Positions 18,813 to 29,460 of a stretch of 64,000 bases of DNA are shown in pieces. The translations under genes and the position numbers were made by a program. The DNA lies in assembly GCA_963827235.1 (NCBI GenBank), contig CAWHAE010000012.1, positions 768,001 through 832,000 of the forward strand. The letters run 5' to 3'. The stretch's first letter is position 1. Every line of letters begins with the position of its first letter. Below the pieces are notes generated by a model. It saw only the letters and a program-made list of their open reading frames with translations. It made no database searches and was not told the DNA's origin. The stretch is from an uncultured bacterium (GTDB lineage: Bacteria; Chloroflexota; UBA5177; JANWHV01).

Positions 18813-18868
18813 GCATGCGTCCGCCGCGCGTCACGGCAGCCACCCCGGCAGCACGCGCCGTGCCCGGA

Positions 18869-20299
18869 TCAGCACGTCGGGCTAGCCAGGTGTTCCGGCG
18901 CTGTCTCGCGGCTGCTGCGCCAGCCCTCCTCGCGCGCGAAGAGAAACCGTACTGCCTCGAGGTATTGCTCACCGAGCTCGGGATCGGCCGCAGCCCGCTT
19001 CATCCGCACTGCCAGGTGATGGAACATCTTGTTGACCAGGCGGTTCGCCAGCTCCTCGACGGCCAGCCGATCGCTCTCCGGGAGATGGCCGAGCAGGGCC
19101 AGCGTCCTGGCTAGCTCGACATCGCGCTGCTGGTCGACGTGCGCCCGAAGCTCGGTAATCAGCGGCACTGCCGCGCGCGTGCGATTCCATGCCTGCCACT
19201 CGTTCGCCGCTTCCTCCACCAACGTGGACGCCGCGGCGATCGCGTCTCTCAGCCCGCTCGGCTCCCTCGAGCCGTGCAGGTGATCGATGTCGATGAGCGT
19301 CACCCCGGGCAGCGCACCCACTGCAGGGTCGACGTCGCGAGGCACCGCCAGATCGGCGATGATCAGGGGGGAGAGATGACGGCCTTCGAGCATGCCAGCG
19401 GACAACATGATACTGGGAGAGCGCGTCGCAGATACGATGATCGTCGCGCTGCGAGCCGCGGGTCCAACGTCCGCCATCAGCACGTGGCGCCCCGCAATCG
19501 CGGAGGCAAGAGACGCGGCGGCCTCCGGCGTGCGGCTGGCAACTACAAAATCGCTCGCACCCAGGGCGCGCATCCGCCCCGCCGTGACAGCGTTCATGCG
19601 CCCGGCCCCAACCAACAGAACGCGCTGCGACGGCCAGTCGATTCCGCGCTCGCCGATCAGATCGACCAGCACGCTGCCCGCACTGATATCCACCCGTCCA
19701 AACGCGGTCTCGGTGCGTACACGCTTCCCGCAGCTGATGGCGACGCGGAACGCCGCGCCCAGGTAGGGGCCGCTGGCATTCAGCTCTCTCGCATGATCAA
19801 GAGCGTTGCGAACCTGCCCCAGAATCTGCGTTTCAGCGACCACCATGGACTCAAGCCCTGAGGCCACCGCGCAGAGGTGGCGTACCGCGTCCAGGCCTCG
19901 TCTAGTGATCAACAGATCGTCGAGCGTAGCCGCATGTTCACCCAGCAAGGCGACGAACGCGTCCCGCACGATCGCTATGCCTGCCTCGGGGTCGGACGCG
20001 GCGATGTACACCTCCGTGCGATTGCAGGTAGAGAGTACTGCTGCTTCCAGCACCGTCTCACTTGCGCGTAGCGCCTGCAGGAGGCTGGATGATGCTCTGC
20101 CGTCGAGCGCCAGTCGCTCCCGCAGTGCCAGCGGTGCGATAGTGTGGTCCGTCCCGACCACCGTCACGGTAGGTGCCGTAGCGACGCTCCTGATATGAGT
20201 TCTGACTGCACCTTTGTTGCCGGTGCTCAGCGCGGGGCTCACCTTCAAGGTAGCTGCCGATCCCGATCCGGGCAAGCACGCCTTTCCTGACCCTAGCAC
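18869..20299 (-). CDS. hemA: Glutamyl-tRNA reductase (true start probably near 20170)
   Basis: H..AP..LRE, LSTCNRTEVY, SGLESMVVAETQILGQV, GAGRM, DLAVPRDV motifs. Confidence 0.93.
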   Translation of the reverse strand: MLGSGKACLPGSGSAATLKVSPALSTGNKGAVRTHIRSVATAPTVTVVGTDHTIAPLALRERLALDGRASSSLLQALRASETVLEAAVLSTCNRTEVYIAASDPEAGIAIVRDAFVALLGEHAATLDDLLITRRGLDAVRHLCAVASGLESMVVAETQILGQVRNALDHARELNASGPYLGAAFRVAISCGKRVRTETAFGRVDISAGSVLVDLIGERGIDWPSQRVLLVGAGRMNAVTAGRMRALGASDFVVASRTPEAAASLASAIAGRHVLMADVGPAARSATIIVSATRSPSIMLSAGMLEGRHLSPLIIADLAVPRDVDPAVGALPGVTLIDIDHLHGSREPSGLRDAIAAASTLVEEAANEWQAWNRTRAAVPLITELRAHVDQQRDVELARTLALLGHLPESDRLAVEELANRLVNKMFHHLAVRMKRAAADPELGEQYLEAVRFLFAREEGWRSSRETAPEHLASPTC

Positions 20300-20365
20300 A
20301 CGCCTTGTCTATAATAGGGAGGAGCTATTGGGCCGGTGGCAGCGAGCGATATCTGAGGAGTAGGC

Positions 20366-21622
20366 ATGTCCCGCTATGTTGTCAAGGGTGGGGCCCCCTT
20401 GCAAGGTGCTGTAGAGGCTGCTGCGAACAAGAACGCCGTGCTGCCGATCATGGCTGCCACGCTGCTGACCGACGACGAGTGCGTGCTGAGCAATGTACCC
20501 CAGATCACCGACGTGGTCGTCATGGGAAAGCTGCTCCGAGAGCTGGGCGCCCGGGTCGACGGCCTAGGCAGCAAAGAGCTGCGCATTTGCTGCGCCCCTG
20601 TGCGCGATTCGAACCTGAACCCGCATCTGGCCAAGAAGCTGCGGGCATCAGTCACTCTTCTGGCCCCGTTGCTCGCCAGGCACGGGCATGTGAGAACAAA
20701 CCACCCGGGAGGCTGCGTGATCGGCCGGCGGGACATCGACACCCACCTGGACGCTCTGACCGCGATGGGCGCCCGCGTAGGCGAGCTCGATGACGCCTAC
20801 GACATCACTGCGGATCGCCTCATCGGCTCCAGTATCTTCCTGGACGAGGCGTCGGTCACCGCCACCGAGAATACCGTGATGGCTGCCTGCCTCGCTTCAG
20901 GACGCACCGTGATCAAGCACGCTGCATGCGAGCCGCACGTGGAGGACTTCTGCACTTTCCTGGTCCACATGGGCGCGCGCATCTCGGGCATCGGCAGCAA
21001 CATCATCAGCGTGGACGGCGTCTCGGAGCTGCATGGGACGACGTTTCGCGTCAGCACTGATCATGTCGACGTGGGCACCTTCGCCGTTGCAGCCGCTCTC
21101 ACGGGAGGCGACGTACTGATCAAGAACTTCGTGCCCGCCGATTTCGAGCTCATCGGTCTGGTGCTCCGCCGAATGGGCGTGAACATGGAGATTGGCGAAG
21201 GTACGCTGCACGTCCTGCCATCCGACCTCGTGGCGACCCGCAAGATAGCCACAGACCCGTGGCCGGGCTTCCCGACCGATCTTGCCTCGGCCATGATCGT
21301 TCTCGCCACGCAGGCGGCTGGGACAACCCTCGTACACGACTGGATGTACGAGGGACGCATGTTCTTTATCGACAAGCTCGTGTCTATGGGTGCCAACATC
21401 ATCCTGTGCGACCCGCATCGCTGCGTGGTGACCGGCCCCACGCCGCTGAGGCGTGGCTCGGTGTATAGTCCCGATCTCCGGGCCGGCGCCGCGCTGGTGC
21501 TGGCCGGACTGACTGCCAACGGCACCAGCGAGATCCACGACGTCGAGCTGGTGGAACGCGGATACGAGAACTTCGTCGATCGCCTGAGTGCGCTCGGTGC
21601 CCGTATCGAGAAAGTGGACTGA
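20366..21622 (+). CDS. murA: UDP-N-acetylglucosamine 1-carboxyvinyltransferase
   Basis: KNAVLPI, LRAS, PGGCVIGRR (catalytic Cys), SVTATEN, PWPGFPTD, DLRAG, RGYE. Confidence 0.96.
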   Translation: MSRYVVKGGAPLQGAVEAAANKNAVLPIMAATLLTDDECVLSNVPQITDVVVMGKLLRELGARVDGLGSKELRICCAPVRDSNLNPHLAKKLRASVTLLAPLLARHGHVRTNHPGGCVIGRRDIDTHLDALTAMGARVGELDDAYDITADRLIGSSIFLDEASVTATENTVMAACLASGRTVIKHAACEPHVEDFCTFLVHMGARISGIGSNIISVDGVSELHGTTFRVSTDHVDVGTFAVAAALTGGDVLIKNFVPADFELIGLVLRRMGVNMEIGEGTLHVLPSDLVATRKIATDPWPGFPTDLASAMIVLATQAAGTTLVHDWMYEGRMFFIDKLVSMGANIILCDPHRCVVTGPTPLRRGSVYSPDLRAGAALVLAGLTANGTSEIHDVELVERGYENFVDRLSALGARIEKVD

Positions 21623-22400
21623 AGGCGTGTTGCCGCTACTTGCCGCGTGCGCCGGGCTGCCGGACTGGCTCAACCATCTCAAGGTGCTCGGGATAAGTCT
21701 CAGCATCGCGCATATCCTGGACACGTACGGGTACGTGATGGTCGCAATCTTTATCGGGATCGAGAGCACCGGTATACCGTTTCCCGGCGAGACCATGCTC
21801 CTCTCGGCATCTGTCTACGCCGCGCAGGGATGCGGCATGCAGGAACAGTGGGTCATCCTGGCCTGCATAATCGGTGCCACCACCGGCGACAACCTCGGCT
21901 TCTGGGTGGGCCGTACGGGCGGCAGGGCGGTGATCAAGAAGATCCCGTTTGTGAAGGAGTCGCATCTCGCGCCGGCCGAGCGCTACTTCCAGAAGTACGG
22001 CGGCGCGACCGTGTTCTTCGGCCGCTTTCTCGCCGTGCTACGAGCTTGGGCGGCGTTCCTGGCGGGGCTCAATCGCATGCGGCCACTCAAGTTCTTCCTG
22101 TACAACCTGAGCGGAGCCACGATATGGAGCATAACATTCGGCATGCTAGGCTACGGTCTGGGCCGGAATCTTGGCAAGCTCAAGAGCATCGTCTCTGCGC
22201 TTGGACTGTTCGGCGCCATCGTGTTCTTCGTGATCGTGGGCATCGGAGTGGCCCTGTATCTGGCACACCGGCGCGCGTCTCAGGCAGTCCACACGCTTCC
22301 CCGGGCTGAACAGAGCGATCCCGCTCCCGCCCACTTTCCCCCACCCACGCCTGATCGGCAGCATTCGTCCCCGAGCGTGGAGGTCCAGGCCGGCGAGTAG
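21588..22400 (+). CDS. DedA family membrane protein (start uncertain, about 21627-21680)
   Basis: IESTGIPFPGETML, GDNLGFWVGR, FFGRF, AG..RM..F motifs. Confidence 0.92.
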   Translation: MRSVPVSRKWTEGVLPLLAACAGLPDWLNHLKVLGISLSIAHILDTYGYVMVAIFIGIESTGIPFPGETMLLSASVYAAQGCGMQEQWVILACIIGATTGDNLGFWVGRTGGRAVIKKIPFVKESHLAPAERYFQKYGGATVFFGRFLAVLRAWAAFLAGLNRMRPLKFFLYNLSGATIWSITFGMLGYGLGRNLGKLKSIVSALGLFGAIVFFVIVGIGVALYLAHRRASQAVHTLPRAEQSDPAPAHFPPPTPDRQHSSPSVEVQAGE

Positions 22401-22536
22401 CCACTCCGTTCGAGCGCTCCTGTAGCCTTGCGAGGTCACTTCTTGCCTCTTCAGTAGGCGAAGATGGTGATAGTGTGAGCCGTTTCTCAGAGACTATACT
22501 TGACCTCGGCAAGACGCTACTGAACAGGCGGGAGCG

Positions 22537-25500
22537 ATGAGAGACACAGTCGGTATGCGGATTGGCGTACTGGCGCGTCAGGCTACCGGCAGCTACTGGG
22601 GTGCGCTGGTAGACGGGATTGACGACGCGGTGCGAAAGCACGGCGTGCAGGTAGTCGCCATCGAGACGGGCCAGTTCAATACGTTCCATCACGCCGGCTC
22701 ACCCGCGCCTGCATACAGCCCGGTAGCGGATGCCTATATCAGCGGCTACATCGCGGTCCAGGACTGCGTACCGCCCGACGTGATCAGGCGAATTCGCCAC
22801 CTGGGCAAGCCGGTGGTGTCGCTGAGCTCGCCGTCCGGCGCCACGCTCGGCCCAAACGTCGTGCCGGACAACGCGGCCGGTGTCGCGTCCGCGGTACAAC
22901 ACCTCTGGCAGCACGGACATCGCCGGATCGCCTTTGCAGGTTCCATGGGCGAGCCAGACCTGGACGAACGCTACCAGGGCTACCTGCAGGCTTTGCGCGA
23001 GCTCGGCGTCGATCCCGAGCCGAACTGGATGTACAGGCGCGCTGAGCCTCCAGGCCTCGCCGGCGTAGCCGCTGCGGAGGCGATGCTGGCATCCGGCTTG
23101 CCCTGTGACGCCGTGTTCGCGGTAACGGATGTGTGTGCCGCTGGACTTCTCGAACGGCTTCGGCAGGCAGGCATCAATGCGCCGCGGGATCTGGCGGTCA
23201 TCGGCTTCGACGACCATCCATGTGCCAACCGCCTCTCGCCGCCGCTCACCACGATCTGTCAGCGGTACGACGTGCTCGGCTCGGTAGCCGGGCAGGTAAT
23301 CATGGCGCTGCTGCTCGGCGAGTCGATCGCACAGCCGCAGATCCGTGTGCCGAACCTTCTACTCCGGCGCCAGTCGTGCGGATGCAAGCCGGTGCGGTTG
23401 AGCCTTCCTCCTCTCGTGATGGCTGGATGCACCCTCGACGGGGCGTGGAAGACCGAGCTGCACGGCGTCCTGGGAACGGCGCTCGTCACTGAGACGCTGT
23501 CGGAGCTGGGCGACGGCAGAAGCATCTGGCCCGAAGGCCGCATCGTGGTCGACGCTCTCGACGCTGCCCTGGCGGGCAAGACCCCGCCCGAACCGCAGTT
23601 AGTCTGGGAAGCCTGGAAGAAAGCCGGAGCAATTACCTCCAAGCCACAAGCGCTGGCAAACACGGTCGAGCTGCTGAGCCGCGCGGCGTTCGCGCTCTCC
23701 GAGCAGGAGTCTCCTGGGACGCGCGACCGCGCCGAGGCTTTCCTGGTCGACGGCTTCGACAGCATCATGTGCGGCCTGCACGCGAACACCGCCAGCGATA
23801 GCGCTCGCCACGGCGAGCTCATGCTGCGCAGCCATCGCTTGAGCCTGGCGCTTCTTGCCTCCGACCTCGCCTACGTCCCGTCCCTTGCCTGGATGGCCGA
23901 GACGGAAATGCGGGCCGCCTCCTTGGGAGCCTGGGCCGGGGGCAGCGGAGAGAGGCGCGAGCTGCGGCTGGTCGGTTCCTACCGCGCCGACGGCAGCCTG
24001 GCTATGGAGCAGGGCGAGACCGTTCCCATCGAGCGGTTTCCTCCCGTCAGCCTGCTCGAGGCCGCGCTGAGCGCACCGGAACACGAGAAGGTAGTGATCT
24101 TGGGAGTGCCGTCTCAGCACGAGGACTGGGGCGTGCTGGCCGTCGTGGGACCCACCTACAGCCGGGAGGACGAGACATTCACCCACGACGATCGAGGGAC
24201 CCGGCAGTGGGCGTCTTTGCTCGGCGCCGGACTCTCTCGTGACGATCTCCTGCGGTCGGTCGACAGACAGCGCCGGATCATGCAGGAAAGCCTCGAGCGA
24301 GAGCGGGCGCTCGCTGCCATCTTGAGGGAGAGCGAGGATCGTTACGCCCTGGCGACGCTCGGCGCCAACGACGGCGTGTGGGCCTGGAATCTGGTCACGA
24401 ATGACGTCTACTATTCGCCGCGCTGGAAGGCGATGCTTGGCTACGCGGAATCGGAGATCGAGCCGAACCCCGCGGGATGGCTGAATCTCGTGCATCCCGA
24501 GGATCGCGCGGGACTGCGGACCGCGATAGACGCGCACCTGGAGGGCAGGGCCAAGGACCTGACCTGCGAATATCGTATCCTGCAGAAGGACGGCTCCTAC
24601 GCCTGGATGCTCTGCCGTGGCCTGGCCGTACGCGCGGAAGGCAGCCGGCCCACCCGCATCGCGGGATCCCAGACCGACCTCACCGATCGCAAGCGCGCGG
24701 AGGAACAGATCGTCCATCAGACACTTTATGACGCGCTCACCGATCTGCCCAACCGCGACCTGTTCATGGACCGGCTCAGTGAAGCAGTCAGCGGCAGGCT
24801 GCGGGCGCAGGGCTTGCTGTTCGCCGTGCTGTCTATCGACCTGGACGACTTCAAAAAGGTCAACGACAGTCTTGGTCATGCAGCAGGCGACGAGCTACTG
24901 GTCGCCTGCGCGCAACGGATACGCTCCGGCCTGCGCTCCACGACGCTGCTGGCACGACTAGCAGGCGACGAGTTCGCCATTCTGATCGACCTTCTGGCAG
25001 AGCAAGAGGAAGCAGAACGCATTGCCCAGCGCATTCTGCAGGACGTCGAGCAGCCGTTTGTGATCGCCGACCAGGACCTCTACGTCTCTGCCAGCGTCGG
25101 CATAGCGCTGTCGGGGGACGATCAACGGAGCGCCGAAGACTTCCTTCGCGATTCCCACACTGCCATGCATCAGGCCAAAGCCGTGGGCCGGTCACGCTAC
25201 GTCGTCTTCAATCGCCAGATGCATATCGCCGCGCTGCAGCGCCTGGAGATGGAGCGCGATCTTCGGCGTGCCCTGGAGCACGACGAGTTCTGCGTGCACT
25301 ATCAGCCCATCGTGGACACCGAAACGCAGGTACCGACCGCGGTCGAGGCACTGGTCCGCTGGAACCACCCGGACAAGGGGCTCATCCCTCCAGCCCAATT
25401 CATTCCCATCGCCGAGGAGACGGGTATCATCATCCAGCTGGGCGCCTGGGTGCTTCGCGCGGCCTGCCTGCAGCTCTGCGCCTGGCACGCAACGGGTGCC

Positions 25501-26013
25501 CCAGGTCTATCGCTCTCGGTAAATCTGTCACCAGTGCAATTCCACGATACAGGACTCTGCGACATGGTCGCCGACATGATCGCCGAGACCAGGCTCGAGC
25601 CGGGATCGCTTTGGCTGGAGATCACGGAGGGCAGCCTTATGCAGGACGTCGACGCAGCGAGAACAACGCTGCGCACGTTGCAGCGCCTGGGCGTTCATAT
25701 CTCGATCGATGATTTCGGCACGGGCTACTCGTCCCTGGGCTACCTGAAGAGCTTCAAGGTCCAGACGATCAAGATCGATCGCTCGTTCGTGCGCGACATC
25801 CCCAACGATGCCAACGACGCCGCGATCACAACCGCCATCATTGCCATGGCCCATGCCCTCGGCGCAAAATGCATTGCCGAGGGTGTAGAAACGCCGGAGC
25901 AACTTGCGTACTTGAAGCAACACTCCTGCGACTCCATGCAGGGCTTCCTGTTCAGCAAGCCTCTGCCGGCCGACGACATGACTCGTCGTCTCGGCCTGCG
26001 CGCTGCCTCCTAA
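22537..26013 (+). CDS. LacI-type sugar-binding sensor - PAS - GGDEF - EAL c-di-GMP enzyme
   Basis: [28 protein letters not shown] with no HTH; PAS (DGVWAWN, HPED); RLAGDEF; [20 protein letters not shown]. Confidence 0.92.
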   Translation: MRDTVGMRIGVLARQATGSYWGALVDGIDDAVRKHGVQVVAIETGQFNTFHHAGSPAPAYSPVADAYISGYIAVQDCVPPDVIRRIRHLGKPVVSLSSPSGATLGPNVVPDNAAGVASAVQHLWQHGHRRIAFAGSMGEPDLDERYQGYLQALRELGVDPEPNWMYRRAEPPGLAGVAAAEAMLASGLPCDAVFAVTDVCAAGLLERLRQAGINAPRDLAVIGFDDHPCANRLSPPLTTICQRYDVLGSVAGQVIMALLLGESIAQPQIRVPNLLLRRQSCGCKPVRLSLPPLVMAGCTLDGAWKTELHGVLGTALVTETLSELGDGRSIWPEGRIVVDALDAALAGKTPPEPQLVWEAWKKAGAITSKPQALANTVELLSRAAFALSEQESPGTRDRAEAFLVDGFDSIMCGLHANTASDSARHGELMLRSHRLSLALLASDLAYVPSLAWMAETEMRAASLGAWAGGSGERRELRLVGSYRADGSLAMEQGETVPIERFPPVSLLEAALSAPEHEKVVILGVPSQHEDWGVLAVVGPTYSREDETFTHDDRGTRQWASLLGAGLSRDDLLRSVDRQRRIMQESLERERALAAILRESEDRYALATLGANDGVWAWNLVTNDVYYSPRWKAMLGYAESEIEPNPAGWLNLVHPEDRAGLRTAIDAHLEGRAKDLTCEYRILQKDGSYAWMLCRGLAVRAEGSRPTRIAGSQTDLTDRKRAEEQIVHQTLYDALTDLPNRDLFMDRLSEAVSGRLRAQGLLFAVLSIDLDDFKKVNDSLGHAAGDELLVACAQRIRSGLRSTTLLARLAGDEFAILIDLLAEQEEAERIAQRILQDVEQPFVIADQDLYVSASVGIALSGDDQRSAEDFLRDSHTAMHQAKAVGRSRYVVFNRQMHIAALQRLEMERDLRRALEHDEFCVHYQPIVDTETQVPTAVEALVRWNHPDKGLIPPAQFIPIAEETGIIIQLGAWVLRAACLQLCAWHATGAPGLSLSVNLSPVQFHDTGLCDMVADMIAETRLEPGSLWLEITEGSLMQDVDAARTTLRTLQRLGVHISIDDFGTGYSSLGYLKSFKVQTIKIDRSFVRDIPNDANDAAITTAIIAMAHALGAKCIAEGVETPEQLAYLKQHSCDSMQGFLFSKPLPADDMTRRLGLRAAS

Positions 26014-26096
26014 CGCTTGTCAAGGCGCGGCGAGACCCGGAGGGCTTCGTTTGCGCGGCGAGCTTTGCGCTAGACTAGGGCAGAGGGGGGAACGAA

Positions 26097-26456
26097 ATGG
26101 CGCGAGTTTTGGTTGTCGACGACGATGCGATGATTCGTAGCTACATCGACATGGCACTGAAAGAAGAAGGGCACGAGGTCCTGGCGGCTGAGCACGGCGC
26201 GGCGGCGCTCAAGGTGCTCGAAGCAGCCAATCCCGATGTAATACTGCTTGATATGCGCATGCCCACCATGGATGGGTGGGAGTTCGCGCGCAGGTACCGT
26301 GCTAGTCCAGGGCAGAAGGCGCCGATTGTCGTGATGACGGCGGCACAGGATGCATCGCAGCGCGCCGAGCAGATCGGTGCCGATTTCTTCCTGTCGAAGC
26401 CATTTGACCTCGATGCGCTCTACGGCTGCGTCTCAAGGTTCACCACTCCCACCTGA
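26097..26456 (+). CDS. Stand-alone response regulator receiver protein
   Basis: VLVVDDD, LLDMRMP, TA, KPF. Confidence 0.93.
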   Translation: MARVLVVDDDAMIRSYIDMALKEEGHEVLAAEHGAAALKVLEAANPDVILLDMRMPTMDGWEFARRYRASPGQKAPIVVMTAAQDASQRAEQIGADFFLSKPFDLDALYGCVSRFTTPT

Positions 26457-26466
26457 CAACCCGGAC

Positions 26467-26560
26467 TGGGCGTGCTCGGCAGATCCGAAGGCAGTCGTGA
26501 GGGCTTCGGCCCCGGGATCGCCGGGCCGAAGCCTTGTGTCACGCTCTCCGAGCCCGCCCA
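26467..26560. other. 94-nt rod-like imperfect inverted repeat
   Basis: TGGGCGTGCTCGGCAGA/TCTCCGAGCCCGCCCA, CGTGA/TCACG and AGGGCTTCGGCCC/GGGCCGAAGCCTT nested pairings. Confidence 0.6.
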
Positions 26561-26655
26561 AGAGATCGCTGCACAGCGCTGCCTATGCGTGACTTTGCTA
26601 CACTGATGCGAACGCAGGTGCGGAGTTGGCGCCTGGCAACGCACGGGAGTCGAGC

Positions 26656-26877
26656 ATGGAGGACCAGGCGCGGTTTCGTCGCCACAAGGGCGCTTGTCCG
26701 TTTTACCGGGAGAACTGGGTGAACTCCGGCGATGTCGCGTGCATGGGCACCCGGGAGGTTGTGCTATATGAGATCTACTGCCTGAAGGATACGCCACCCG
26801 TCACGGCGATGGAGCAGGATCGCTGCATGCATAGCCCTCACATGTGCTGGAGACTGCGCAAGCAGAAGGCGTCGTAG
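26656..26877 (+). CDS. Small Cys-rich hypothetical protein (73 aa)
   Basis: GGGAG RBS; CPFY...C...C...C...CW. Confidence 0.65.
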   Translation: MEDQARFRRHKGACPFYRENWVNSGDVACMGTREVVLYEIYCLKDTPPVTAMEQDRCMHSPHMCWRLRKQKAS

Positions 26878-26904
26878 GCCGCGGCCCGCTGCCGCGCATG
26901 ACCC

Positions 26905-27207
26905 TCAGTCGACCTCGTTCTCCAGGGTCAGCATCTGTGCCCTAGCCTGCAGCTGCGTGAGGCGCAGGCGCAATGCCAGGAAGGCCGCGTCGCCACTTGC
27001 CTGCCCGTTAGTCGCCGCCTCCAGATCGTAGGCCTCCTGCAAGTCCTGGGCGAAGCTCAACGCGTCCGCGCTCAGCGCCCAATACTCCGCGATGTATTCG
27101 GGACCGGCATGGATCGCCTCGAGCAGTACCTCGAGGAGATGCAGGTCGTCGTGCATGGTCACCCATCGAGTCTGCCAGGGAGCGAGGCTCCTCCTGCTTC
27201 GCTGCAT
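26905..27207 (-). CDS. Small helical hypothetical protein (start 27156-27207)
   Basis: Acidic/Leu/Ala helical composition (HDDLHLLEVLLEAI...LRLRLTQLQARA); fills the gap between genes. Confidence 0.55.
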   Translation of the reverse strand: MQRSRRSLAPWQTRWVTMHDDLHLLEVLLEAIHAGPEYIAEYWALSADALSFAQDLQEAYDLEAATNGQASGDAAFLALRLRLTQLQARAQMLTLENEVD

Positions 27208-27321
27208 GTCTACCTTCGCCTTGCCATCGCAAGGGCGAGGACCGATCGCCTCCCCTTGGCACAAGGATACCCTCATCACTATTTGCTTGATTGCCACGCA
27301 GTTGTGTGGCAGGGTGTGATC

Positions 27322-28185
27322 ATGAGCGGTATTCACCTCACCGCGGAAAGCTGGCCCTGGCTTCGTCTGCTGCATCCTTTTCCGTCGTGCCTCGTCTCCG
27401 CGTCGTGTGCCGTGTTCGCCGAGATGGCGCTGCACGGCCATAGTATGCCCGATCGGGTACTGCGGCTCGCCGCCTCAGTTCTGTGCTCGCAGTTCGCCAT
27501 TGGCTGCGCCAACGATGTGGTGGACCGGCACCTCGACCGTGCCACCAAGTCGTGGAAGCCGGTGGCACGCGGCGTAGTGAGCCGGCACGTGGCCACCGGG
27601 CTGGCCGTGGCGCTGTCGCTGACCAGTCTGGCGATCTCCCTGTCGCTTCCCTGGCCGACCGTGCTCGCAGCAGCTTTCGGGCTCGGATGCGGCCTGGCCT
27701 ACGACTTCAGGCTCAAGCGCAGCCGCTGGAGCTGGCTGCCTTATGGGCTGGCCATCCCCACCCTCCCGCTCTGGTCCTGGCTGGCTGCAGGAAAATTCAC
27801 GCCCAACCTGCTGCTCGCCTATCCGCTGGGCGTGCTTCTCGGCTTGTCCCTACACCTTGCCAACACCCTGCCCGATCTGGACGGCGACACTGCCTACGGT
27901 ATTGCCGGACTGGCCCACGGGCTGGGCGCGCGCCGCAGTCAGCTCGTCTGCTGGGCGGCTCTCCTGTGTGCACAGGCGCTCACTCTGGCCATGGCACCTC
28001 TGCTCGACTACGGCGGCGCCTGGTATCCGCCCGGACTCGGCCTCTCCTTCCTATTACTCGCGTCGACAGTCGTGTTGTGCCGTGTACGGCCCACGGTCGG
28101 CACGAAACAAATCAACTTCGGACTCCTGGCGCTGTCCTGCATCTCACTGGCGATCGGTTGGCTCGGCGGAGCTGCTACAGGGTAG
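27322..28185 (+). CDS. UbiA-family prenyltransferase
   Basis: NDVVDRHLD and K..KPVARG first motif, NTLPDLDGD second motif, multiple TM helices. Confidence 0.88.
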   Translation: MSGIHLTAESWPWLRLLHPFPSCLVSASCAVFAEMALHGHSMPDRVLRLAASVLCSQFAIGCANDVVDRHLDRATKSWKPVARGVVSRHVATGLAVALSLTSLAISLSLPWPTVLAAAFGLGCGLAYDFRLKRSRWSWLPYGLAIPTLPLWSWLAAGKFTPNLLLAYPLGVLLGLSLHLANTLPDLDGDTAYGIAGLAHGLGARRSQLVCWAALLCAQALTLAMAPLLDYGGAWYPPGLGLSFLLLASTVVLCRVRPTVGTKQINFGLLALSCISLAIGWLGGAATG

Positions 28186-28346
28186 TCTGCTTCACGGTGT
28201 CCGGGGCCCGCTGCGAGCCCTGGCGATCGGGACGCTACGTGGCAATGCACGGGATCTCGACTGCCGGTCGGAGTGCTACGATTCTCCGCATGGCAAGCGA
28301 TTTCCACCGCTAACCGCTGAAGGTCTTGCGCCATGTAGGGAGCTTC

Positions 28347-29354
28347 ATGATGGAATACGGAAAGCTTGGTCGATCGAATCTCACGGTCAGCAGGGTATGC
28401 CTGGGCACCATGCACTTCGGACCATACGCGTCCGAGAGCGAGGCGTTTCGGATCATGGACCGGGCGCTCGAAATAGGTATCAACTTCTGGGACACGGCAA
28501 ACGTGTACGGGGGCCAGGGCCATCGCGGGCGTTCCGAGGAGATCATCGGGAGGTGGCTTAGTCAACGACCGGGCGGCCGAGATCGGGTCGTGCTGGCCAC
28601 CAAAGTCTACAATCCGATGATTGAGGTTCAGGCGCCGAACGAGGAGCGTGGATTCTCCGCCTACAAGGTTCGCAAGCACCTGGCCGATTCGCTTCGCCGC
28701 TTGCAGACCGATCACGTCGACCTCTACCAGGTACACCACTTTGACAGGCGTGTAACGGTGGAGGAGTTCTGGGGAACGCTGCAGAAGGTGGTCGCGGACG
28801 GCGACGCTCTCTATGTCGGATCCAGCAACTTCCCCGGCTGGGGACTGGCAAAGTTCCAGATTCATGCCTGGAACCGCGGTTTCCTTGGCCTCGTATCCGA
28901 GCAAACAATGTACAACCTTGTTTGCCGGGCGCCGGAGCTGGAGGTGCTGCCGGCAGCGCTCGACCTCGGCATCGGCGTTCTGGTCTACATGCCTCTGGCG
29001 GGCGGCCTGCTCACCGGAAAGCTCAAGTCGGTCGAAGGATCGCGCACGGCGCAGGTGGAGTCCGAGTACGGCATCGCCCTGGGACCCCAGAACGACCAGT
29101 TTGGCGGCTTCTCCGCCCTGTGCAAGGACCTAGGCGAGAAGGAGCACGTCGTGGCCGTTGCCTGGACGCTCAGCCACCCCGCAGTTGCCTCGGCTATCGT
29201 CGGCGTGCGCACCGTCGAGCAGCTCGACGGCCTGGAGAGGGCGGCACAGCTGAAGCTCGATGCGGACGTGCTGGACCGTCTCGATGAGCTGTTCTCGATC
29301 AACCACGGCAGGCTGCTCAGATCGGGACCCGCCCCCGAAGCGTACGCCTGGTAG
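28347..29354 (+). CDS. Aldo/keto reductase
   Basis: LGTMHFG, DTANVYG, SEEIIG, LATK, SLRRLQTDHVDLYQ, PLAGGLLTGK. Confidence 0.95.
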   Translation: MMEYGKLGRSNLTVSRVCLGTMHFGPYASESEAFRIMDRALEIGINFWDTANVYGGQGHRGRSEEIIGRWLSQRPGGRDRVVLATKVYNPMIEVQAPNEERGFSAYKVRKHLADSLRRLQTDHVDLYQVHHFDRRVTVEEFWGTLQKVVADGDALYVGSSNFPGWGLAKFQIHAWNRGFLGLVSEQTMYNLVCRAPELEVLPAALDLGIGVLVYMPLAGGLLTGKLKSVEGSRTAQVESEYGIALGPQNDQFGGFSALCKDLGEKEHVVAVAWTLSHPAVASAIVGVRTVEQLDGLERAAQLKLDADVLDRLDELFSINHGRLLRSGPAPEAYAW

Positions 29355-29460
29355 TGTAGCAGGTAGCCGCGCACCTCACGGCGCCCAGCGTAGGCATTCG
29401 TGCGAGGCACGGCCCGCCGTGGCGACCGGACGGCCGGAGCCATGGCAGGCCGTCGCGTCT

